Origin: Vulcanimicrobiota bacterium
GTDB lineage: Bacteria; Vulcanimicrobiota; Vulcanimicrobiia; Eremiobacterales; Eremiobacteraceae
Assembly: GCA_963812135.1 (NCBI GenBank)
Contig: CAWETU010000001.1
Span: 320,001 to 384,000 of the forward strand
Direction: 5' to 3'
DNA: 64,000 bases
Under the pieces are notes generated by a model that did not search any database, was not told the origin of the DNA, and saw nothing but the letters and a program-made list of their open reading frames with translations. The position numbers and the translations under genes were made by a program. This document shows positions 29,365 to 38,793 of the stretch, piece by piece; the stretch's first letter is position 1; each line of letters starts with the position of its first letter.

Positions 29365-30612
29365 ATGCGACCTTCGAGGCGCGTCGTCGTCACAGGACTC
29401 GGCGCGATCACGCCGCTCGGCAATTCGGTGCCGGAGTTCTGGTCGAACGTCGTCGCCGGCAAGAGCGGCGTCGGCGACATCACGCTGTTCGACGCGGCGC
29501 ATCTCCCCACGCGCTTTGCGGCGGAGGTGCGCGGCTTCGACGCTCCCGCGCTCATGGGCAAGAAAGAGGCCCGCAAGGCCGATCGCTTCGCCCAGTTCGC
29601 GATCGTCGCCGCCAAGGAGGCGTTGACGGACTCCGGCCTTGCGATCTCGGACGCGAACCGCGATGAGATCGGCGTGGTGATGGGCTCGGGCATCGGCGGC
29701 ATCATCACGATCGAGAACCAGCACAAAGTCATGCTCGACCAAGGCGCGGGCCGGCTCTCGCCGTTCTTCATCCCGATGCTGATCTCGAACATCGCGCCGG
29801 GCATCATCTCGATGAACATGAACGTGCGCGGCCCCACCTACACGACCGTGTCCGCGTGCGCGTCCTCGAACAACGCGATCGGCGAGGCCTACCGGGCGGT
29901 CCAGCTCGGCGAGGCCGAGGCGATGATCTGCGGCGGCTCGGAAGCGCCGATCTCGCCGCTCGCGGTCGCCGGTTTTTGCGCGATGCGGGCGCTGTCGACG
30001 CGCAACGACTCGCCGGCGACGGCCAGCCGTCCGTTCGACAAGGGGCGCGACGGATTCGTGATGGCCGAAGGCGGCGGCGCGATGATGATCGAGGAGCTCG
30101 AACACGCGCGCACGCGCGGCGCGCGCATCTATGCCGAGATGGTCGGCTACGGCAAATCGTCCGATGCGTATCACATGGTCCAACCCGACCCGGACGCGCG
30201 CGGCGTCACGCTCGCGATGCAGCGCGCGCTGCGCGATGCCGGCCTCGAACCCGCTGACGTCGACTACATCAACGCGCACGCGACGTCCACCGACCTCGGC
30301 GACATCGCGGAGACGCAGGCGATCCATCGGGTGTTCGGCGAGCGCGCCAAGACGTTGCCGGTCAGTTCGAACAAGTCGATGTTCGGCCACGCGCTGGGCG
30401 CGGCCGGCGCGCTCGAGGGCATCTGCACGGTCTTGACGATCCATGACGGCGTCATCCCGCCGACCATCAACTATCACGAAGTCGATCCGCAATGCGACCT
30501 CGATTGCGTTCCCAACGTGGCACGCAAGGCCGACGTGAACATCGCGATGTCGAACTCGTTCGGCTTCGGGGGCCACAACGCGGTCCTCATATTCCGCAAG
30601 TTCGCGGAATGA
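29365..30612 (+). CDS. fabF: 3-oxoacyl-ACP synthase II
   Basis: RRVVVTGLG, SACAS, NAHATST, GHALGAAG and NSFGFGG. Confidence 0.96.
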   Translation: MRPSRRVVVTGLGAITPLGNSVPEFWSNVVAGKSGVGDITLFDAAHLPTRFAAEVRGFDAPALMGKKEARKADRFAQFAIVAAKEALTDSGLAISDANRDEIGVVMGSGIGGIITIENQHKVMLDQGAGRLSPFFIPMLISNIAPGIISMNMNVRGPTYTTVSACASSNNAIGEAYRAVQLGEAEAMICGGSEAPISPLAVAGFCAMRALSTRNDSPATASRPFDKGRDGFVMAEGGGAMMIEELEHARTRGARIYAEMVGYGKSSDAYHMVQPDPDARGVTLAMQRALRDAGLEPADVDYINAHATSTDLGDIAETQAIHRVFGERAKTLPVSSNKSMFGHALGAAGALEGICTVLTIHDGVIPPTINYHEVDPQCDLDCVPNVARKADVNIAMSNSFGFGGHNAVLIFRKFAE

Positions 30613-30630
30613 GCGCTCGCCAGAATCCCC

Positions 30631-31338
30631 GTGTCTGAAGGCCTTGCGCGGCGCAAGGCGCTGCGCGCCTTCGGCCGGAGCCTGGGTCTGAAGGCGACCG
30701 CGACCGGCGACTGCGGGCTGTTGGACAACGCACTCACGCACGACTCGTATGCCTTTGAACACGGCGGCGGCCGGCGCGGCCAGGTGTCGAACGAGCGACT
30801 CGAGTTCTTGGGCGACGCGGTCATCGGGTTGGCCGCCTCGGCGTGGCTGTACGAACGCCATCCGAGCGAGCCGGAAGGCTGGTTGTCTCGCCGGCGTCAA
30901 GCGCTCGTCTCGGGTGCTGCCCTATCGCAGACTGCTGCGCGCATCGGCGTCGGCCCGCTGCTGCGCCTCGGCAAGGGTGAGGCCGCCGGCCACGGAGCGC
31001 GCAGACCGTCGATCTTGGCAGGCGCATTCGAAGCCATCGGCGGCGCGGTCTTGCTAGCTGAAGGCTACGACGCCGCGGCGCGCTTCGTGCAGCGCATCCA
31101 CCTCTCGCACGTGCGCGGCGCGGCGGACGCCGATCCGCGCACCGCGCTGCAAGAGCTCGCACAAGCACGCTTCAAGGAACCGCCGGAGTACACGTTCGAC
31201 GCCGAGAGCGGCCCCGCGCACGCGCGCGTCTTCAAGGCGCGGGTTTCCGCCGGCGGCGTGGTGGGAACCGGGTCCGGTTCGACGAAGAAGGAAGCACAGG
31301 CGCGGGCTGCCGCCGAGGCGCTGCGCAAACTGGCCTAA
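30631..31338 (+). CDS. rnc: Ribonuclease III
   Basis: ALTHDS, NERLEFLGDA and a C-terminal dsRBD (LQE...GPAH...KKEAQ). Confidence 0.92.
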   Translation: MSEGLARRKALRAFGRSLGLKATATGDCGLLDNALTHDSYAFEHGGGRRGQVSNERLEFLGDAVIGLAASAWLYERHPSEPEGWLSRRRQALVSGAALSQTAARIGVGPLLRLGKGEAAGHGARRPSILAGAFEAIGGAVLLAEGYDAAARFVQRIHLSHVRGAADADPRTALQELAQARFKEPPEYTFDAESGPAHARVFKARVSAGGVVGTGSGSTKKEAQARAAAEALRKLA

Positions 31339-31360
31339 CACAGCGACGAGGCGACCATCT

Positions 31361-34300
31361 ATCTACCTTAAGAGTATCGATCTCTTCGGCTTCAAGACGT
31401 TCGCAGAGCGGACGCGCCTCGTCTTCGAACCCGGCATCTCCGCCATCGTCGGTCCCAACGGCTCGGGCAAGTCAAACTTGGTCGACGCCGTGCGCTGGAC
31501 GCTCGGCGAGCAAAGCGCCAAGCAGCTGCGCGGCGGCCGCATGGACGACGTCATCTTCGCCGGCAACAACCGCCGGCGCTCGCTCGGCATGTCGGAGGTG
31601 ACCCTCACCTTCGACAACAGCGACGGCTCGCTGCCGACGCCGTTCGCGGAGATCGCGGTGACGCGCCGCGTCTATCGCAATGGCGAGGGCGAGTACTTCC
31701 TCAACAAGTCGCAGGTCCGGCTGCGCGACATCATGGATCTGCTGCTCGGCACCGGTCTTGGGCCCGACGCCTCGGCGATCATCTCGCAGGGCGAGATCGA
31801 CGCGATCCTGTCCGCCAAGCCGGTCGCTCGCCGCGAGGTGTTCGAAGAGGTCGCCGGCACAAGCAAATATCAAGCGCGCAAACACGAAGCGCAGCGCCGC
31901 CTCGAGCAGACCGACGCCAACGCGCTGCGGGTCAACGACCTGCTCGTCGAGCTCGAGCGCCAGGTCCCGGCGATCGAACAACAGGTGCGCCGCGCTCGGC
32001 GCCATCAAAAAGTCGTCGCGCGGTTGCGCGATCTCGAGATCCTCTCGTTCGTGCGCAACACGCAGACGCGCCGCGCCGAGCGCACCGAACTGAGCAAGGC
32101 CCTGAGCGCCGAGGAGTCCGAGCGCGCTGCCCTCGACGCGCGCCGCGCGACGCTCGAGGCGCAAGTGAGCAAAGCACGCCACGAAGAGTATCAAGCCACG
32201 CTCGCGCTGGACGAGCGCAACTCGGCGCGCGCGCAAGCGGCGGCCGACATGCAAGAGACCGCGTCAGCGCTCGCCACCGCGCAAGCGCGATACGACGAAG
32301 CCGGCCGCCGCTGCGAAGCGCTCGAGCGCGAAGTCGACGCCGCCGCGCGTGAAGTCGCGTCGGCAGAGGAGCACGTGGCCGCGCTAGTGGCGTCGCTCGC
32401 CCACGCCCGCGAGCAGCGCGACGAGGCGATGCGGCTGGTCGATGAACGCGCGATCGCCGAACGCAGCGCCGCGGCGCAATGGGATCAAGCCTACAGCGCA
32501 TTGCGCGCCGTGGAAGACCGGCGTGCGACGCTGGCCGCATCGGCAGCCGAAGTCGACGCGACGACGCAGGCCCATCTGACGCACAAAGAGCGGGTCGGCG
32601 CGACGGCGCAGCGGCTGAGCGACGAGCTCTCGGCCGCTCGCAAACGGCTCGACGCCGAACAGAAGCGCGTCACCGGCCTCAAAGAGACGCACGCGGAGCT
32701 CGAACGCTCGCTCGAACGCGCTGGAGCCGAGATCGCAAAAGCGAACGCGGTGCGCGATGCGGCAGGCGATGCGCTCGAACACGCCCGCGCTGACGTCGAG
32801 CGCAAACGCGCTGCCGTCGTGGAGCACGCCGCGCGCGTCGCCGCGCTGAACGATATCACGACCGCCGGCCACGACATGCCAGCGGCGGTTCGAAGCGTGC
32901 TCGACGCGAGCGCCGCCGGAACGCTGGACGGGATCGCCGGCGTCGTCGCCGCGCAAATCGAGACCGACGCGGCGTACGCGCGGGCGATCGACGTCGCCCT
33001 CGGCGCGACCGCGCACGCGGTGATCACGCGGACGGCGGCGCACGCGCACGCGGCCATCGAGCATCTCAAACGTTCCAAAGGCGGCACCGCGACGTTCCTG
33101 CCGCTCGATGAAGTGCGCCAGCAAGAACTGCCGCTGCTCGTCGATGTCGGCCGGCGCGACGGCGTCATCGGACACGCGCGCGAGCTCGTGCGCTGCGCCG
33201 ACGAGATCCGGCCTGCTGTCGAATACGCGCTGGCCAGCATAATCGTCGTGGATTCGCTGCGCACCGCGCAGCGCTTGGCGCGCGAGTTCTCGCACGCGAC
33301 CGTCGTCACGCTCGCCGGCGAAGTCGCGCGCGCCGCATCCATCACCGGCGGCAGCAGCGATGACGAGCGCGGTCCGCTCGCCCGCCGCGTCGCGCTCGGG
33401 CAGCTGGAAGCCGAGCTCGCTCGCGCGCGCGCCGCCGCGCAGGCATCCGAACAAGCGCTTGCGGCGGCGCGCACGGGGCACGACAACGCGACCGCCGCGG
33501 CGGAGCGTGCCGCTCGCGCCCGCGATGAGGCGCAGGGCCGCAGGCTCGACGCGCTCGTCGCGACCGAGCGCAGCGGCGCGGAGATCGGCGGTCTCGAGCG
33601 CCACATCGCGTCGCTGGAGAAGGAGCACGACGAAGCTCGGCGCGCGCTCGAGAACATCGCGGCACAATGGCGGACGCACGACGAGCGCACGGCCCAAGGA
33701 CACGCCGCGATCGGGGCGCTCGAAGACGAACGGCGCGCCGCCGCAGGCTCGTCAGACGAACTACAGGCCGCGCTGAACGAGCTGCGCGAGCAGCATCGCG
33801 CGGCGGCGGCGAACGCGGCCGCGCTGGTCGAGCGCGTCGCACAGGCCAGCGACGATGTCGAACGCGCGCGAGCGCGCGTGATCGAGCGCCGCGATGCCCA
33901 CGCCGCGAGGCTCGAGGCCGTCACCGCAGCGCGCGCCCAGCGCGAAGAGGCACAACGCACGCTCGAGACGTCGAACGAACGACGCGAGCTCTCCGGAGCA
34001 GCGCTCCTGGCGACCGAACGCGAGGCCGAAGAGCTGCGCGCCAAGCGAGACGCGCTCGTCGGCGAAGCGCGCGAGCTCGAAGAGCGGCTCAACGCGGAAC
34101 AATCGCACAACAAGGAGCGCTCGCTGGAGCTCGAACGCCACCGGATCCGGCTCGCGGAGATCGATGCGGAGCTGGCGGTCCTGCAGCAGCAATTCGCGCA
34201 AAACCCCGCTACGCCGCAGGAATGCGACGACGTCGACGCGCGTTACGCCTCGTACGAAGGCGATGCGGATTCGGAGATCCGGCGTTTGCGCGACGAATTG

Positions 34301-34912
34301 GCCCGCCTCGGCGGCGTCAACCTCAACGCGCTCGAAGATCAAGCCGCCTTGCTCGAGCGTCGCGACTTCCTCCGCCAACAACTGGCCGACCTCGAACGCG
34401 CGCGAGCGAGTATCCTCGGCGTGATCGGGGAGATCGATGCGGAATCCGTCCGCCAGTTCAACGCGGTGTTCGAAAAGGTCTCGGTCGCGTTCTCCGAGAT
34501 GTTCGGCCGGCTGTTCGCAGGCGGCGTCGGCAAGATATGGCTCGCCGACTCCGACGACCCCGCCCAGGCCGGCGTCGAGATCGCCGCGCAGCCGCCCGGC
34601 AAGAAGATGCAAAGCCTCAACGCGCTGTCCGGCGGCGAGCGCGCGCTCACCGCGGTCGCGCTCATCTTCGCGATCCTGCGCGTGCGCCCGAGCCCGTTCT
34701 ACATCTTTGACGAGATCGACGCTGCGCTGGACGAGGCGAACATCGGCCGTTTCGGCGCCGTTCTCGCCGAGTTCGCCGACCGCGCGCAAATCGTGATCAT
34801 CACGCACAACAAGGCGACGATGACGCTCGCCGACCGCATCTACGGCGTCACGATGGGCGAACCGGGCGTCTCGAACCTGCTCTCGCTCGCGCTGGAGCAG
34901 GTGGGTGCCTAG
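31361..34912 (+). CDS. smc: Chromosome segregation protein SMC (probable ATC start)
   Basis: xYLKSIDLFGFKTF and Walker A GPNGSGKSN lie upstream of the first canonical start; hinge region, LSGGE and DEIDAALD follow. Confidence 0.95.
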   Translation: MYLKSIDLFGFKTFAERTRLVFEPGISAIVGPNGSGKSNLVDAVRWTLGEQSAKQLRGGRMDDVIFAGNNRRRSLGMSEVTLTFDNSDGSLPTPFAEIAVTRRVYRNGEGEYFLNKSQVRLRDIMDLLLGTGLGPDASAIISQGEIDAILSAKPVARREVFEEVAGTSKYQARKHEAQRRLEQTDANALRVNDLLVELERQVPAIEQQVRRARRHQKVVARLRDLEILSFVRNTQTRRAERTELSKALSAEESERAALDARRATLEAQVSKARHEEYQATLALDERNSARAQAAADMQETASALATAQARYDEAGRRCEALEREVDAAAREVASAEEHVAALVASLAHAREQRDEAMRLVDERAIAERSAAAQWDQAYSALRAVEDRRATLAASAAEVDATTQAHLTHKERVGATAQRLSDELSAARKRLDAEQKRVTGLKETHAELERSLERAGAEIAKANAVRDAAGDALEHARADVERKRAAVVEHAARVAALNDITTAGHDMPAAVRSVLDASAAGTLDGIAGVVAAQIETDAAYARAIDVALGATAHAVITRTAAHAHAAIEHLKRSKGGTATFLPLDEVRQQELPLLVDVGRRDGVIGHARELVRCADEIRPAVEYALASIIVVDSLRTAQRLAREFSHATVVTLAGEVARAASITGGSSDDERGPLARRVALGQLEAELARARAAAQASEQALAAARTGHDNATAAAERAARARDEAQGRRLDALVATERSGAEIGGLERHIASLEKEHDEARRALENIAAQWRTHDERTAQGHAAIGALEDERRAAAGSSDELQAALNELREQHRAAAANAAALVERVAQASDDVERARARVIERRDAHAARLEAVTAARAQREEAQRTLETSNERRELSGAALLATEREAEELRAKRDALVGEARELEERLNAEQSHNKERSLELERHRIRLAEIDAELAVLQQQFAQNPATPQECDDVDARYASYEGDADSEIRRLRDELARLGGVNLNALEDQAALLERRDFLRQQLADLERARASILGVIGEIDAESVRQFNAVFEKVSVAFSEMFGRLFAGGVGKIWLADSDDPAQAGVEIAAQPPGKKMQSLNALSGGERALTAVALIFAILRVRPSPFYIFDEIDAALDEANIGRFGAVLAEFADRAQIVIITHNKATMTLADRIYGVTMGEPGVSNLLSLALEQVGA

Positions 34913-36479
34913 CGCCCCGAATCCGGCCGCGCTATTCTCGCTATCGGACCGCACCGGTCTCGAGCCGCTGGCTCGCGCGCTCGTCGCGCGCGGCTTTCAC
35001 CTCGTCGCCACGACCGGCACCGCGAAAGCGTTGCGCGATGTGGCAATTCCGGTTGAAGAAGTCAGTGAGGTCACCGGATATCCGCCGTTGCTCGACGGTC
35101 GCGTCAAAACGCTGCATCCCAAGATCATGGCAGGCATCCTCGCGGATGAGAACGAGCCCACGCACATTGCCGAGCTTCACGCGCACGGCATCGCGCCGTT
35201 CAAGGTCGTCGCCGTCAACCTCTATCCGTTCGAGCGCGAGGTCGCGCGGCAGGGCGCGACCGAGTCCGATATCGTCGAGCAGATCGACATCGGTGGCGTC
35301 ACGCTGTTGCGCGCCGCCGCGAAGAACTTCGGCAGCGTCAGCGTGCTGACCGATGTCGCGAGCTTCGAGCAATTCCTCGAGGCGCTCGAACGCGGCGGTC
35401 CGTCACTGGAAGAGCGCCGCCGCTGGGCCGCTGCGGCCTTCGCGCGCTGCGAACAGTACGACGCGGCGATCGCCCGCTATTTCACGTCGGCGACGGGCGA
35501 TAACGAGCTGCCGGACACCCTGCACGTCGACCTGCCGATGGCGAGCCGCTTGCGATATGGTGAGAATCCGTGGGCGCGCGCCGCGTTCTACGCGGGCCGC
35601 GCCGTGCAGATCCCCACGCAGCTCTCCGGCAAAACGCTGTCGTACAACAATCTGCTCGACGTCGACTCGTGCCTCCGGCTGCTGGCGCCGCTCGACGAGC
35701 CGCGCGGTTTTCCCGCGAACGCGCGCTCGGCGCGACGCGCGATAGCCGCCATCGTCAAGCATACGGTGCCATGCGGCGTCGCGGCGCGCAGCTCATCGGC
35801 GGAGGCGCTCGCCGCGGCGCTCGGCGCCGATCCGATCTCCGCGTTCGGCGGTATCGTCGCGAGCAGCGCGCCGATCGACATCGCCGCTGCCGAGCTGTTG
35901 CACTCGCGCTTCGTCGAAGTGGTCGCGGCGCCGACGTTCGAACCCGACGCGCTCGAGCTGCTGAAGCAGAAGAAGAACTTGCGATTGCTGACGTTCGACC
36001 GCGATCTGCCGAGCCGGTTATTGACCACCGCCAAGGTGCGCTCGGCGCTGGGCGGCGTGTTGCTCGAGTATCCAGACCCTGCGGCGGAGCCCGACGAGTG
36101 GCGCGTCGTCACGACCCGCCAACCAACCGAAGCGCAGTGGCGCGATCTGCTGTTCGGTTTCGGCGTCGTGCGTCAGATCAAGTCAAACGCTGCCGTCGTC
36201 GTCGCCGACGAGCTGACGCTCGGCGTATGCGGCGGCCAGACGAACCGCGTCGCCGCGGTAGAACTCGCCTGCCAGCGCGCGGGCGATGCGGTCAAGGGCG
36301 CGGTCCTTGCAACCGACGGATTCTTCCCGTTCGCCGACGGCGTCGAAGCCGCGGCGCGCGCCGGCATCGCAGCGGTCGTGGCGCCGAGCGGCTCGATCCG
36401 AGACGCAGAGGTGGTCGCAGCCGCGCAGGCAGCGGGCATCGCGCTCGTCTTCACGACGCGCCGCTACTTCCTACATTAG
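34905..36479 (+). CDS. purH: Bifunctional AICAR transformylase/IMP cyclohydrolase
   Basis: GRVKTLHP, IDIGG, LRYGENP, SYNN, VKH, KSNA and DGFFPF. Confidence 0.95.
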   Translation: MPSAPNPAALFSLSDRTGLEPLARALVARGFHLVATTGTAKALRDVAIPVEEVSEVTGYPPLLDGRVKTLHPKIMAGILADENEPTHIAELHAHGIAPFKVVAVNLYPFEREVARQGATESDIVEQIDIGGVTLLRAAAKNFGSVSVLTDVASFEQFLEALERGGPSLEERRRWAAAAFARCEQYDAAIARYFTSATGDNELPDTLHVDLPMASRLRYGENPWARAAFYAGRAVQIPTQLSGKTLSYNNLLDVDSCLRLLAPLDEPRGFPANARSARRAIAAIVKHTVPCGVAARSSSAEALAAALGADPISAFGGIVASSAPIDIAAAELLHSRFVEVVAAPTFEPDALELLKQKKNLRLLTFDRDLPSRLLTTAKVRSALGGVLLEYPDPAAEPDEWRVVTTRQPTEAQWRDLLFGFGVVRQIKSNAAVVVADELTLGVCGGQTNRVAAVELACQRAGDAVKGAVLATDGFFPFADGVEAAARAGIAAVVAPSGSIRDAEVVAAAQAAGIALVFTTRRYFLH

Positions 36480-36510
36480 TAATGTAGCGGTCGAATTTGT
36501 TCGACCGATT

Positions 36511-36846
36511 TTACGCAGGCGCGAGCGTGACCGCCGTGCCGTAGCAGAGGACCTCGGTGACGCCGGGACCGATCTCGGTGGCGTCGTAGCGCATGCTGAT
36601 GATGCCGTTCGCGCCGATCTGGTCGGCGTGGCGGATCATCAGCTCGTAGGATTCCATGCGCACTTTTTCGCACAACTCGGTATACAGCGTGATGTTGCCG
36701 CCGACGAGCTGCTGCAGGCTCGCACCCATGCTGCCGAAAATGCTGCGCGAGCGGACGACGATGCCGCGCACGATGCCGAAATTCTTCGCGACCTTGTAAC
36801 CGGGCAGTTCGAGAGCGGTGGTCACGAGCGAATGGTCGAATGCCAT
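36511..36846 (-). CDS. YbjQ/UPF0145 family protein
   Basis: GIVRG...VGG...GANGII...YGTAV; GGAGG RBS. Confidence 0.87.
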   Translation of the reverse strand: MAFDHSLVTTALELPGYKVAKNFGIVRGIVVRSRSIFGSMGASLQQLVGGNITLYTELCEKVRMESYELMIRHADQIGANGIISMRYDATEIGPGVTEVLCYGTAVTLAPA

Positions 36847-36881
36847 GAGCGTCCTCCATCGATATTGTGAGAAAGGTTTGA

Positions 36882-37354
36882 ATGCTCGGGGTTAACGCGC
36901 CAGCGCCATCAATCCCTGTTCCCGATCAGACGGGCACGCCTCGAAGCGTCGCGGAGTTCAAAGGTTCGTGGCTGGTGCTGTGGTTCTATCCGAAAGATCA
37001 CACCAGCGGCTGAACGAACGAGGCGTCGCAGTTCCGCGACGCGTACGCGGAGTTCACCGCCGCCGGCGCACAGATCGTCGGCGTGAGCCGCGATTCAGTG
37101 CAGTCACACGAGTCGTTCGCGCGCGAGCTCGGCTTGCCGTTTCCCGCTGCTCGCCGATACGGACGAGAAATTGTGCAACGCATACGGCACGCTCGTCGAA
37201 CGCGTCGCGGAGGACGGCACGAAATCGATGGGCCTACAGCGCTCGACGTTTCTGATCGATCCGCAGCGGCGTGATCCGTCACGTGTGGCCCAAGGTGTCG
37301 GTGCCCGGCCACGTCGTGGACGTGCTCGCGACCTTGATGGGTCTCATGGGATAG
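36882..37354 (+). CDS. bcp: BCP/PrxQ peroxiredoxin, probable selenoprotein (in-frame TGA 37011; two +1 frameshifts)
   Basis: [32 protein letters not shown] and WPKV..PGH; GAAAGG RBS. Confidence 0.8.
37023..37042 (+). promoter_or_regulatory. Putative bacterial SECIS hairpin
   Basis: GCGTCGC-AGTTCC-GCGACGC; the loop starts 16 nt after the UGA and has G in its second position. Confidence 0.6.
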
Positions 37355-37925
37355 CCATCGCGCCGATCGCATCGACGCGCGCGTCATCCAGCGAATAGCG
37401 CAGCTCTCCGCCCGCGAGCACAGCGTGAACGACTCCGTGCACCGAAACGGGTTGTCCGGCGCGCAGCGCAGACCGAGATCCACGCACGTCGAAACCGACA
37501 TCCACCGCATCTGCGGCGCAACATGCCATCACGCGGCGTGAGACGGTTGCGGCATGTCCATGTGAGGGCGGCGTCCATACACCCGACACGCTGACGGAGT
37601 GGCCCAACACCGCGCGAGGATCGTCGTCGAGCCGATCGAGCAGCGCGAAAAGATCTCCGTCATGCGCGCCGCCCGGCGAATGCGTCGCGACTGCGCCGAC
37701 CGGCAGCGATCCAGGAAGCGCGAGTCCAAGCGCGATACCGATCGGCAACGCGCCGGCCAACGCCGGCGTCAGGCGAATGCGTTTCACCGCGAGCACGAGC
37801 ATGGCGATGCCGAAGCTCGCGACGACGATCGGAGGCAATGCGACGAGCGTGCGTGATGCGCCCGTCGCGAACACCGTGAGCGCCAGCCCTGCGAGCGCTC
37901 CTAGCAGCGCACGGTCGCGGGTCAT
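37344..37925 (-). CDS. TIGR03943/YcgQ-like (DUF1980) membrane protein
   Basis: N-terminal TM segments; RRVMACCAADA motif. Confidence 0.72.
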   Translation of the reverse strand: MTRDRALLGALAGLALTVFATGASRTLVALPPIVVASFGIAMLVLAVKRIRLTPALAGALPIGIALGLALPGSLPVGAVATHSPGGAHDGDLFALLDRLDDDPRAVLGHSVSVSGVWTPPSHGHAATVSRRVMACCAADAVDVGFDVRGSRSALRAGQPVSVHGVVHAVLAGGELRYSLDDARVDAIGAMAIP

Positions 37926-38779
37926 GCGCACAACGCCGCGGTCGCACAGCCGGCGGCTCCGGCGAACCATGCGAGCAGCGCGCGAGGCGTGCCGTAATGG
38001 CGGCGCAAGAGCGCGAATTGTCGCGCGTCAAGCGACTGCGATGCGATCAGGAACGCGGCTTGCGCGGGCGCGGATGCGCCGATGACCTTCGCGAGGATCG
38101 CGTCGGCGGTCGAGCACGGCGACAGCAGCGCGCCGACCACCGCGCAGACAAGCGGCGTCGCGTGCGCGCGGACGATGTCAGGGAGCAACACGAGCGCGAG
38201 GGAAGCGAGGATCGCAGCAGGCAACAGCAGGCGCACGGCCGTCGCGACCTGTGCGGCGAGTCCATCGTCAGCATGACACACCGCCTGTGGCTCGTCCGGC
38301 GCCGTTCGCACGGCGATGATCGCCCACAGCGCAGCCACCGCGAGCGAGGCGGTCAGTGCGCCCGCCATCCGGGCTGCGAGGACGTGGCGTCCGAGCACAC
38401 TGGCCGTCGCTACCAGGGCGATGGGATTGCACGCGGCGCCCCACGTCAAGGCGAAGCCGGCGACCGGCGGCGGGCAGCGACGCAACGCTCGCGCGAAACC
38501 GTTCAGGCTGCAATCGCAACCAGGCGTCAGCGCGGCGACACACGCGGCGAACGCGCTACCATGAGCGATGCGCGAGATCCACGCCGCTGCGAACGCGCCG
38601 ACGAGTACGAAGGGGCCGGCTTCGAGCACGATCGACGCGGCATACACGAAGATGCGGTATGCGGCATCGCACGCGGCCGAGGCATGGGGCGCGAGCATCG
38701 CAGGACTGCAGAGCGCGCCGGCGAGTGCGCACGCGCCCGTCGCGACGAGTCGAAAGGAGGGTTGCCGGGGGTGGTTCAC
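37922..38779 (-). CDS. DUF318/YcgR-like permease
   Basis: EAGPF, PGCDC, NP and LSPCSTADA motifs; paired with the YcgQ-like gene. Start uncertain. Confidence 0.72.
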   Translation of the reverse strand: MNHPRQPSFRLVATGACALAGALCSPAMLAPHASAACDAAYRIFVYAASIVLEAGPFVLVGAFAAAWISRIAHGSAFAACVAALTPGCDCSLNGFARALRRCPPPVAGFALTWGAACNPIALVATASVLGRHVLAARMAGALTASLAVAALWAIIAVRTAPDEPQAVCHADDGLAAQVATAVRLLLPAAILASLALVLLPDIVRAHATPLVCAVVGALLSPCSTADAILAKVIGASAPAQAAFLIASQSLDARQFALLRRHYGTPRALLAWFAGAAGCATAALCA

Positions 38780-38793
38780 CTATCGAACCCATT

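Noticed and set aside
29143..34954. Long antisense and alternative-frame ORFs (e.g. 29143-30900, 32491-34113)
   Set aside because: These are shadow ORFs expected at high GC opposite well-supported genes, with no motifs.
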